A DNA stretch of 60,691 nucleotides, counting the filler, from Sphacelaria rigidula (lineage: Eukaryota): NCBI GenBank assembly GCA_964200075.2. It is 4 parts of 4 records of this genome, joined end to end, with 100 filler letters (N's around TTAATTAATTAA, not from the genome) between each part and the next. Parts side by side here need not be neighbours in the genome. Positions count along the whole stretch, not along the records: positions 30,401 to 45,496 come from CAXNAA020001906.1; 3 more parts are not named here. The stretch is one strand, 5' to 3'. The translations under genes and the position numbers were made by a program. The notes under the pieces were generated by a model. That model was not told where the DNA came from and did no database searches. It saw only the letters and a list, made by a program, of their open reading frames with translations. Positions within the stretch are counted from its first letter, which is position 1, and each line of letters begins with the position of its first letter. Shown in pieces: positions 33,417-45,596 of the stretch.

Positions 33417-36400
33417 TCACGCCCACGTTTGTTGGCAAATTGGACATTTGCTCTTGTGGCTCGTGTGGAACCACTTGTACAGGCACGTGGAGTGGAATCT
33501 GTTCTTGCACGTCTTGCAGGACATGTGCGGCAAGGCCATGTCCTTCGGATGCAGAATGCCGTAGCAGATTACGCACGGCTCCACGCCCTCGAACTCCTGT
33601 ATGTTTTCGAATACAGCAGCACACAGAATGAGCAATTAGCGGAAGTTAAGATGCAGCGGAAAGCAAAAAGAACGCGAACGCAAAGCATGATGCACGAGGG
33701 AGTACGCGAATATACGACCGGCACGACTCATGATTCTGCCCCGCCAGCACCCCCCAACTCGGCAACAGCTCGCTTGTCAGCTTGACTGCAAATGGAAGAC
33801 GTGTTTACGGGTCCGGTATTTTTTTCAGACCTACTGCGTCAATTGTCCATTTTTTTGTAGACCAAGGCACGCAGCAGAGAGATGGGGTTGGGGCCATGTG
33901 CCTCACCTTGTCCACGTTCCGTTTCCATAGCATTACGGCATCCAGCACGGATCCGTCCTGTAGAGCCAGTAGAGTCACGATCTGCAGCACCCATTGTCGC
34001 CACCTGTAAACGCGGCGGACAACAATATATATGCAGTACACTCAGATAACACAAGGAGCCTCATGCACTCTCGTCGTTATGTACAGCAAGAAGCGTACCC
34101 CCAATCAATGCAGGCAGTACTACTCCATGTTTTACCTCACAAAGCATGACGAGGACAACACTTTTCGTGGTACAGCATCTTGACTTTTTATGTATATATA
34201 CCTAGACATGTGGGGTTACACTCGATCGGACAAACTTAATTTGTGACCGCGTACTGGTCTGTGTTGATGGCCCACACTTTCCCGCGAGATAAAAGGGGGG
34301 AGAATAGTGCATACTCTCACTCCAAAGCTTGAGCTCTCGACCAAATGGATGTTGACGAGCAACGACAAAAAAGCACAAACGCACACAAGGCAGCACACTT
34401 TGTCACCTGTTTTCCGACACTCCCATGCGCCGTGTGCAGCTGACCTCGACGCTTCTGAGGGGGTACTCGGGCGGAAGCTGTATGCATGCCTCCAACGTGC
34501 ACTCCTCCTTCACGTACGATGCCACCACCTGCACTCGCGGACCCGAACAAGGAGACATGTTGCGCCGAAATCGACATACCAGCACGAAAAACAAATATCA
34601 CCAATTGCAGACATGGTAGTGTTGAACGATGCGATGCAGTACCGTTTGTTTGCCTCTTGATACCCGAGCCGAGAGCGTGAAGGCTCTTGTCAATACACAT
34701 ACACGCGGACTTTGTCCAGCGCGCCTGCGCTGTTGTGCTGTTCGCAAGGGCCACGGTTGAAGTGTCCACGCTACTGCTGGCGGCACTCGTACACGAATAC
34801 AGCTGACTGCACAAGGTCCACAACGGGGCTGAAGCTGTACGAGTATGGCATGTAGAAAATACTACAGCGTGTGAAGCGGCGTATGTTGCCATCCTTCATG
34901 AATACAATGAACTAATGAATCCTACGCTCGTTTACATTACACAACACAACACAACACAACACAACACCGCTACATAACATTCTTGAAGCTGTTGTCAAGC
35001 GTGCATGACTGACGCACGCCAGCGCGACCCAAAATAGGGGATTCTCAAAATGGAAACGTTTTTTTTTTTCTCGTGAGAATGAAAAAAACTAGTGTTCGGA
35101 GTTGCGGGGAATGGTAGCCCTCGAACATCCCTTCGAGAACTTCGAGGAAACGAAAACCCTAAATCTTGTGACATATATACTGCTAGCATACCCGGAGTAA
35201 ATAATACCGGTAGACAGGCAGATATACCACGTGGATCTCAACACAATACCATGGGCTCGGTTCTTCAAGCTACTATAATAGGAAGCCCCCAATTGCCTTC
35301 GAAGGCGCCATGGAGAGGTACCATTTCCTACAACTGCGAACAACATCATGATCTTCATCCACAAACAACATGACCGCGACCAGTTTATAGAATTCCCCGC
35401 CCCAAGAAAGCGATCCACTCGCCTGTCTAGAAGATGCGCTAGCACGCACGGTCATTTCTCCTCCCTCATCCCAGAGACCCCGTGCCGTCGCATTGGTGAT
35501 GATTTCAGCCTCTACCTGGATCAGAGCCGGGCTGACGTGCCTTACAGAGGACACGGTCACAGTATTTGGTGAGCAATGCCGGAGGGGGCGGGCGAACAAA
35601 GGACGACAGAAGATATGCGTCACCATGAAATTCACCCGGCCTTCAATCGACTGAACGCGCGGGAACGCAGGAAAGCTGCGTTGAGGTCGGGTTGCGTTCG
35701 GTTGATTGGGATTTCCGGTCCGACAACCAGCGACACTCTGTCCAAGGAAAATTGAGCACTCGAGTTTGTGACGAACTGCTTTGTTCAGTCGCCGGAATGA
35801 GCATGCCCTTCAAGGACACTGTCGCTCCCCTTCCTCCTCACAGAGTAGCATGGTACACTGTGCAAGAGCGTAAATCGACATCTCAGCATCATCTGCGAAA
35901 GAACTCCAATAGACGAGTCTTCCTGTCGGCGAGGACTTCCTTCACAACGAATGGCGCACCGCCTCTGAACTACAAAGCATGAAGAATTTCCCACAACAAT
36001 TTCAAGGCCCCGCAACGCCCTCTTGCGGTGGAGCCGAACTCACTTTTGTGTGAACTCAGCAGCCCAAACACGCATCCCTCTAGGACAGTCGTCAGTCCAC
36101 CAAGAGCGAGTGAGAGCGGGGAAGACGCGCATCGTTCTGGATCATAACGCAGGGACGACGCCAGACGGCAGCGGAGGGATAAAAAAAAGGGTCGCGAATG
36201 ACTGTGTAGTGAGGGGTGCAAGACGGCGGCGGAGGGGTTCACACCCTCGAGTACATTCTATTATCGCCTCGCGGCGGAAAACAAATTCCCGGACCCACGC
36301 ATGTCCAAAGTGCAGGACGTGCTGTTTGAAACTAACGGCGACGATCGAGCACAACACACGCTACGAGCTGGGCAGCCTAGAAGAAAATCTGTAGGTTGGC

Positions 36401-39400
36401 AGTTTGTCAGCTCAGTTTTGAGAGTTGTACTTTGAAATTCACAATGAAGAATCGTCACGGCATAATAAAAACGAATCTACGGGACATTGGGATTTTTCTC
36501 AATAAATCGGGGGCCAAAAACCTCACCCATATTTCACGAAATCGTCCTTAATTCAGGGACAAGAAATTTAACGTCCCGCATATTTGTTCTTCATTGTGCC
36601 CTTGAGAGTCTCCGAACCGAATTTTAAAGATATCTCAAATCGCTGATAAATCCAGATTCGGTGGACTTGGAGAAGTATATTGAATTCAGTATGGGATATT
36701 ATGCGCGACATGTGTCTCGATATATAACGAGGCAGGTGAAGGTGAGTGTATTGATCGCTGCCATGTGCCCCAAGAATCGTTCACACCAAAAATCAGCGTC
36801 ATCCGCTGATTTTATCGTCACAGGGTTTCATACAGACTTTAGACTCGAGCATGTGTCCGTACGTCAGGGGATTTAGTAGACGTGGCGTTCAGTCAACCAG
36901 AAAGCTTTTGATCCGGCTCTTGAGTAGATGGACATCTGGTCCTTGATTAGATGGTTAATCAGATGTGCGGATCACGGCCCAATTCGTCTGCGCCGATGAG
37001 ATATGCCTGTGGCAGCTCGACTTCGTTTTCAGGATGATCCAGCTCGAACTCATTTCAGATGTGCCGGCAAAAACCCAAGCCGACTGTCGAGTTGAACATG
37101 GAATATTATGCTGTATCATCATCAACACACGTTTTTACTGTCGCACTGCTGGCAATATCTCACAAGGAAACCAACTTTTGAAACTTATGACACCTACGAC
37201 GTGGGGCAACCGAGTGAAACACAAGATGCTGCACAGTGCGTGCGCATGAGGACTCACCTGAAGTATACAGCGAGCGCTAGCCGGGCCAGGTCAAGTTGCT
37301 TGGTAGGATCAAGCCGCGACACCCTTACAGCCTGAGCCGGTCCCAGCTTGGAAGCAGTAGTATTGCCCCTACTACTGATCCCCTGCGCAGTAAGTAGATC
37401 CCCAACGCGCAACACGCACCAGAGAGAGGCAATGAGAGAAGGCAGGCAATGGTGACGTACAGCGCACGCCACAATCTTGTAAATATATGCATTCAACAAT
37501 TTTCTACTGCAGACACGCACGGCTTATGTGCGTACCATGTGTAAATGAGTGAAGAGAAATGCTCCACGTTGGCCAAGGCGTGATCGGGGCGTGATTCAAC
37601 ATAAAAACCGCACAACACTGCCACCACACAACAGCGTCCCGGTCATGGAGAACAGAACAATTTCGCCCTCAATGTGGACGTTTTATGAAACATCATCAGC
37701 AAAAACAGGAATAATGTGTGCACACCACTCAGAGCTAACTGACCAACCCAACCCCAACGCCGTCAAACCAGTGTCCATCACCCACTTTCTGCCACTCCCG
37801 GAGTATCCAGCAGCATGCCTCCAGAATAGGTCCCAGAGCACCAGCACGTGCAACGAAAGCACGCGCGGAAGCGCGCGACCGCGATCGATCCTCCGATGCA
37901 CGCCGGCAATGTTCCAACCAAAGCAACCACGTTAAGAACGGAGCGGTCAGGGAGGGTCCGCAGATAGAAGCCAGTCGTCCCCCTCGCCGGTTTCCATACG
38001 ACGCGGGAGTGTTTGAGTCTGGTCCTCGGTTGGCGGCCGTCTCATTGCGACGGCGACGCAGGCGCCGGCGGCGGCTTCTGCCGTGGAGCTGTCGAACCGG
38101 GGAATATTTGAAGTGTTCCGATTCTGCGTTACCGACATCGTCATCGTCGCTGCATGGTACATTTTCGACGGTCTTGTCCGTCAAAGCGAACTCGTGTGTC
38201 GGCGAAATACATTTCCCGTCTTCCCCTTCTTGACCGCCCGTGGGTAGGTTGTGTTCATCATCTTCTAGGCCATCCAGATCGTCGTCGTCCTCCTCGTCCT
38301 CCTCCTTGCCGTCGTCGCTGTCGTAGCGGTCCGTCCTGTGCCTCAGTTCAGGTGGTGTGCTCTTCGCGAGAGAATCGATCGTCTTCGGCAGAGCCTCCAC
38401 GGCCAGCAGCAAGTCTTCTGGGAAGCACCTGAAATGCAAATGAGCGACGAGAGGCCGTCAGTGGGGAGGCAGGCGATTAATACGGTCGACACGGTCACCA
38501 GACGATTGAGCGTTCATCTTGCGCCATGATTCCTCTTTCACGGGCAGAGAATTGCCTACCAACAACCATACCCTTCGCATCAGCAACTAGTGACTGAATA
38601 ACCCAAAAGACCAAAGTTACCCAAGTGACGCACACAGCACCCCAACTGCAACGCATAGGCCGCCGATTCCCTCATCGCGTGATGGACGCCATACCTTGCG
38701 ATCAGCTCCAAATTTTCTTGCTGCTCTTGTGCTTCTTCTTGCACGGCATCGGCGCTGGGCAATTCATCGTCGCTCGCCGCCTCCTCCTCCTCCTCACCCC
38801 CCGAGTTGCTACTGCCGCCGCTCCCGTCCGCTCCATCAAGATCTTCTTGGTTGACCCCCTGCAACGAAGCGAGACCCCACCCGCCCAGCGCGCGTGCTAA
38901 CCTCGAAACAATTGACTGCCCCGCAGCCTCTGCGCTGCCGTTTTCATCCCCAGCTGCACTTTGCTTTTCTTCCCCCACTTCGTCTTCGTCTTCGTCTTTG
39001 TCGTCTGCGGTCTCGTCTTTCCCGCAGTCCCACCCGACCGCCGCAGCCTCCAGCACCTCGAAGGCACACATCTGGATGGTGGGGCTTGCGACGGCGCCAA
39101 CTACTGCCGCGTGCAGTCCGCGCCAGACGCCGGGCACAAGAGCCGACGCCCACACCTGTGAGGCCTCCCGGGGTCCGGCGACCAGTGTCCGCGCCGGGGT
39201 GACGGATTTGTTCGTTCCGTCACCCCCCCAGCCTTTTCGGCCGTCCCAGGCTACTGCCGTGAGCAGGCGGGCGGACTCGAAGCACAGAGCCAAGTCATCT
39301 TCTCTCTCGTCTCCACCGCCGGCGGCTCTATTTGTAATTGGCCCCGCGGCGAGCCGAACACCGCTCATCAGGAACTTGGATATGGCCCACGATACAACGG

Positions 39401-42400
39401 CGCCTTTCGACTCAGATTTCAGCGAGGTTCCTTTGCCGCGGAGCACACGTGCCGCCTCTGTGGTGAACAGCCCCGCGCACGCTCTCATGAGGGCGATATC
39501 CAAGGCGCCCCCACCCCAGCGGCCTTGACGAGCAGCGGCGACTAAGGACACAAGTGCTACTTCCGCGGACGCCTGCATGTCCGCACTCAGTCCGCCCTCG
39601 ATCGACGTTTGAGAAGGACACACATGAACCATGCAGGAGGTATCCGCGGTGTCACGAAACCACAGCAATGCCCCCAAGGCCTGGGTACGCCTCCACCCAC
39701 ACGGTGGGAATAATAAACCCCTTCCGCTGCCACCGCCTCTGCTCTCACCGCCAGTAGCGGTCGAATTGACGTCAACAGCTGCACATGAAGCACTTTCCAC
39801 CAGGAATAACAAGCCCCTTCCGCTTCCACCACCACTGCCATCACCGCCAGTAGCCGGCGAATTGACGTCAACAGCTGCACCCGAGGCACTTTCCACCAGG
39901 ACCCCCTTCAGCCTACTCGGCAGAAGCTTCATGGCAGGCTCGTCTGAAGGTATGAGGGGTGTTCCCGAAAAGAACCCTGACAACACCGCAGTCGACAGAG
40001 AAATCATCAGCGCAGGCTCCTCACCACTTCCGTCTATACCAGTCCTTGCGGCGTTCAGTAGCGAGGAGCCTGACTTCACAGCGACAGATGCCCACCAATC
40101 CCTTAATTCGATAAGCTTCGGACCGACCTCCTCCCACACAGCTGCAGCGCCGTCTTCTCTACTATCAACACCGTCGGTCTTTGGGTCCATCACCGGGGCA
40201 CAAAGCAGAGCGGCTCGCACACACGTGGACGCGCAGCTTCTGAGGGCGGCCGCAGCTGCGGCCTGCAGCGAGGCAATTCCCACCCCGGATTCCCCTGGTG
40301 ATCGTTGAGGAGGGTGCCGCAAGCTCGCCTCGAGGGAAAACAAGGGGCCTGTTAAGATGTCGGCCAGTGACGCTGACACCGCTGGTTTCACCAGCCAGGG
40401 GCAAAGCACACCTGGCGATGTGCCTGCTAGATAACCCTCCGGCTCTGACAGAAAGAGGCGATCGAGTACGGTCTGTTTCTCGTGCCACGTGGGTTTGCTT
40501 GAGCCGGCCACCGCAGCCGGCCGCACCGTGTAGTACGGCTCGCCACCTGCTGCAGCCATAAAACCAATTTGGAATACAGACAGAGGCGGCTAAGATCCGC
40601 ACGTGGCTTGTGAAAAAGAAATTGCATCGTGTACAATCGAAACAGCCGCGCCCAGGTGGTCTCATGTAATGATGTAATGATGTAATGGTACCGCCATTAG
40701 GGTGGAAAAAACTCGGCTCCGATTCCCACGAGATGCTTGCATTTTTCTTTCAAGTACTTGTATCTGATTGCCGTCACTAGAAGCATCAAGACGTGGGTAG
40801 CAAAAAAACGAAAGAGAGTCGACTGAGTTTGTTTGACGACAGTCGACGCGGTGCGGGAGTGTTGACGTTATGATCAAACCCACGGAACCACGCACTCGTC
40901 CCGATGAAGGGGTGGGGTTAGAAGTGTGGTGAAAAAAGACAGAAGCGTTCAGAAAAATTGGGAGGCGCAAAATGTACAGATTGGGCTTTTGCACCAGCAG
41001 GCAAAGCTTGACTATCTGCATGACAGCCCAAAGCAATGATATGTTCTAGTTCAACAAATCACGGAACGTGGTCAACAAGTCCTCGGCCGAGTACAAATAT
41101 AACCGCTGGTGTGACCACCACAGATTGCTACACTGGTACGCCAGCTTTGAGGGAAAAGCAGCGCAAAACAAGTCGAACTACCCGTAGCGAAAGTATTACT
41201 ACTGAGAGCCACACGCCCGGACGTCAAATATGGACAGCAAGGATGATATCCAACCAGGCACTAACAGGCAACCGCTTTCCAACAGCATGAAATATGACGC
41301 TTTCACAAAAACATACTCACCGTCATCGTCGTGTTTCGCCACAATGACCACGGCCTGCCCCTCCCGAGTGTAAAGGGTTTTTGTAAATGGAATGAGGTCA
41401 TCTGGGGAAGGAACGGGCGCCCTATAAGCTCCGCAGCGCATCGTCATCATTCTGCGAGGGGGTGCAGCGAAGAAAAGGGAAACAGTTGCGGCAGATTTCA
41501 GGCATATATCGGGAGGGATGGATGGAAACTGACCAGGAAAGGGAAAAACAAGCGAATTCCGACGAACACAGCGGCGCATTAAATATACCCCAGCGCCGCC
41601 GGGGAAACGAACATTACTGTCCAGACAACCCGACTGCATACTCGTCAGCCTCTTTTTGACACAAGCAACAGTCATTCGTCACTCCGTCGACCCCTCGAAA
41701 CTGCCCCTCTATCCCTTTGCTATTTCACCGCTTCATCCAAAAAACGTTGGGTACGACCCCCGACTGTAGTCACTATCAAACTTCGCAATTCTCAAGCAGA
41801 ACCGCTGAACGCACAGCATCAACGCACTTGTTTGCCTCCATTCCTAGTCCCAACCCCAGCGCGAAATCGTCTCCGACCACCGACGAAACCAACCCGGCTG
41901 CAACTTCTGCCAAGCAGGAGAAATACCACGCAGCTGCTTCACCGCTGACAGCCCCTTTCGCAGGCTCCTCCGCAGCCATAGCGTCCGCCGCCGACTTGAT
42001 CGCAGACAAGAGAAGAGCATGGAGACTAACATCTTCCGCCGAACTCTCCCCCGCGGCCTCCGGGAAATTTTCGTGGGATTTGTGCCGACTCGCGCCTTTG
42101 GGACTGTCACCATGCATTACACGACTGGGTGGTGAAAGCCCGGGAGTGCTGTCAGCGTCGCCAGGTGTGTCATCGAGTCGACCGGACGATCGCCGTTGCT
42201 CTTCGTGGCTTGGCTTCCAAGCGACCGGTGGGTGGAATGAATGCCGCCAAAGATCCTTCGGAAGCAAGAGCAAAAACGGGTGCCAGAAGAACGCCGGCAC
42301 ATGGCTTCCAGTTACCTCTCGACTCCTGGAGCTTGCGCTTGGCCCAAGCCCTGCCCGATCCCCCTTCCCGTCTGCACTCGGCGTAGAGTTGGCAACTTCT

Positions 42401-45387
42401 CCCACGCTCGAAATTGAACCGCGTCCAAGATGCGTCATGCTCGCGTCAGACACGCCTGCGGCTACCGCCCTCGCGATACTACCGAACGAACCAAAGCTGC
42501 GCCAGCTAGGAAAACCAACGCCAAAGTCTTCGAAAATGCTATCGCAAGTGATCCCACCGCTGGCACCAGATCCCCGACCTCCCCAGCTGCCGCTGCTGCT
42601 TCCAGGATTGGGCGAGCACTTGGCTAGTCGAACAAGCGGCAACTGGATCGAAAGTCCTGGTGGAAGATCTGCAGTGCTGAAACCGGAAGATCTCTCGCGC
42701 TTTTCCCCCGCCGTCCACACTCCGTCGTTGCGTGTGTACCCGCGAAAGCCGATCGCCGCGCTCATACACACGCCTGCGGTGATGATTTCCTGCAGAGTCT
42801 TGCCGGCGACTGGTTCAGCCGCCGGGATTCCTCGTGTTATAAACGCGAGTCTCGCACGTCGCGACGGCAGCCCATCGAGAACCAACGAGAGGCAATCCCA
42901 CCGCCGTCCCCATCGACTGGAATAGCACTGCCGCGCGACGGCAGTAGCTGTAGGCCGAGTTTCGGCATCTCCCGAATGAGCCAGTGCCTCCTCTCGGCGC
43001 CTTCGCCAGGTGTCGGGTCTCGTTAATCCAAGACGCCATAGGACAGGCAAGTGTTGCGATATGGCCTCGTTTGCTTCCTCAGACATGTTACCATCACGAT
43101 TCACGGCGTTGGTGGCGACCTCAGAGGTCCGCTCGGATGCCGTACTGTCGCCCGACGGCGATTGCAGCGGCAAAATACTTTCCAGCTCGATCAACGTCGT
43201 GGCTAGTACCGCCGCGTGTTCCCCACGCGCTGCTGCCACTGCATCCGCTTCCGCCATCAACTTATCAGCATCGTCTGCATCGTCCGAGGAGCGGTTGTCA
43301 TCGTCTCGGCTTCCGCCCTCCATCACGCGCCGGGTATGCTCCACAGCTTTGTCGACAAACGCCTCCCACACGCCGCGAAAATTTCCCGCTGACTCGGCGG
43401 ATTCCACGAGACCCTGAAGGGTCGAAGCTCCCTTTTCGCGCCAGCATTTCTCGGCATCACCTCCACTCCCGCAGCCGTGAAACGCCGCCAGCAGTAGATT
43501 CACTCGTCTGTCAATCACAGCATCGAGCGCCTGGCGCATCGTATGCCTTGCTGGAGTAGCGTCCACGCGCGAAGGCAGCGTCGAGCGTACAGCAATGACA
43601 TCTAGAAGCCCCCCCACAACCGCGAGAGCCACAGCCCGGTTCGGCAACGGCGTGGCGTGTGCCGGGACGGACGAATGCAGGTTAGCGCGAGAAATGGATT
43701 GAGTGCCAGTGATACTGGATTGTGCCAACATGGAAATGGCAGCATCAGCAAGTTGCACCACGGCGCTCGAGCGGATGAAAGGCAGTGCCGCCTGTCTATC
43801 ATCCCACACCCCGAGGCACCGTTGCAGGTGGCAAGAGAGAAGGGTTGAGGGAAGAAACGACGTCGATGAAACTTCTCCCCCAGGTATTCCACATGCCTGC
43901 CGAGGGAGGGATGAAAAGAGGATGTGGCAGAGCAATCAGATGTAACTGAGCCGTCCACGCTGGGCAAAAAAACAGGGTTGTAGAGTATTGTCCGAGTGTG
44001 CAAGAAACAGAATACGATAAAAATTACGAGCGTACATGGAAAACCATAGTTATCAGCTATGCACATTTTTCTTGACTTGTGCCTTTTTGGGCAGCCTCCC
44101 ATACCACAGAGAAAGCGAAGCTCACCCCTTTTCCCTCGTAAGTTTGAAAGATCTTGGGGTGTCTTCATAATCGTAAAGGATACAACCGCGTCTGTGTGTG
44201 CGCCGTGCCCTCAGGACCCTACAACAGAATTCTTCTATTCGCTGGGTTCCTCGTCGTCAGTTACACGATGGGAGCCGTGCAGAATGCAGTGTGAGTTTTG
44301 GGGCCCGAGGCTGCCGCAATACTACGCAATTTTGGGGACTGTCATCTATTAACAGAAAAATAAAACGACACACAGACAAAAACAGGAGACGAACACACAC
44401 GAACACGTACACATGCGGAAGAGATCAGAGAACCATCGTGCCAAGCCGCTCAATTCCCTCACATCGAACATCGCTTCCTCCAGCTCCGGAATGTCTCCGG
44501 AAAAATCTTGCGGCACTAAGCGAAGTACATCCCCCACTGCCGCCAGAGGATCTTGTGCTGGATATTGGAGAACCGTACTGATTAAAAGGCGGAAATCCTC
44601 ATCTTTCCGACCTTCACGACAGTAGCCGTACATGACAGGGTAACGGCGGAGGTGTGGAAAATAAGGGACAGGGTCAAGATACGATTAATTGCAACGAAAG
44701 TGGAGGCTGCTGTTTATGCACAGGTAAGGACATAATTTTGATGTGCAACAAGCATGAGAACAAGCCTGTGCATTGAGCGTTGATTGTGCATGCATAAGGG
44801 AAGCGGCAAGCATCGAGACAGAACGAGCGGCCTTTCCACCAACAACACACTTGCAGTGCATTCCAAATTACAAGAAAACGGCTGCAGTAGACGAATAACA
44901 TTCAGGCACAATCGAACCGAAATCAGACAAGGATATCCAGAGGTCATATGGTGCTTGCATAACTGTTCATACCAGCAGGATCATCCTTCACCATGGACAC
45001 CATGCAGAACGGCGCAACGCGCACTCAAGCACAGAAGTATCGACGAAAACAACAGCCTGGAGACTCACCGCTCTCTAGCAAATGCACTGCGACCAGTTCT
45101 CTCAGTCCCACTACTGCGACCGATCCCGGCGTGCGGACATCACTTCCTCTCAAGGACGGATCTGCCCGATCCTCACCCCCAGCCATGGTCGCCGCCAAAC
45201 GTGGGACCGCGAAATCTACGTAGAACTCCCGCCCAGTCATGTCGGAGACTCCGAGAATCTCGGAGATGTCAGTCTCCCGCTCAGGTGTGGAGGTGCAAGA
45301 GGTGGACGGTAAACACCCACGCAGGCCGAGCACCCTAGCCATGCTGGACATGAAGGATATTAGCGGGGCATCAAGCGCGTCTACAAC
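33417..45387 (-). CDS. LTN1: E3 ubiquitin-protein ligase Listerin, 5'-partial
   Basis: Twelve phase-compatible exons: 45387-45069, 44611-44463, 43896-41828, 41451-41321, 40546-38695, 38428-37786, 37382-37258, 36136-36044, 35540-35423, 34528-34407, 34003-33907, 33596-33417. The C-terminus has Listerin hallmarks FPALTRSWW, HVSPALI, an RWD-like LPPEYPLRSVEV, WKRNVDKEFEGVEPCVICY and RING C..CKNRFHSTCLYKWF....KSKCPIC. Boundaries of the upstream exons are less certain. Confidence 0.9.
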
Positions 45388-45496
45388 CTGCGTGAATCGT
45401 CAGAGAAGGCAGCCAAACGGGCCAGCCTCGCGAGTTGGATGTGATTGGGGTGAAAAGATCACAGCTAGTAAGTAAGTCTACATGGGGGCGCCCCCC

Positions 45497-45596
45497 NNNN
45501 NNNNNNNNNNNNNNNNNNNNNNNNNNNNNNNNNNNNNNNNTTAATTAATTAANNNNNNNNNNNNNNNNNNNNNNNNNNNNNNNNNNNNNNNNNNNN
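45497..45596. other. Artificial contig linker N44-TTAATTAATTAA-N44
   Basis: Identical to the other two linkers. Confidence 0.97.

Noticed and set aside
38806..43559. Long plus-strand ORFs (240, 225, 402, 191 aa)
   Set aside because: Antisense shadows of GC-rich LTN1 exons.
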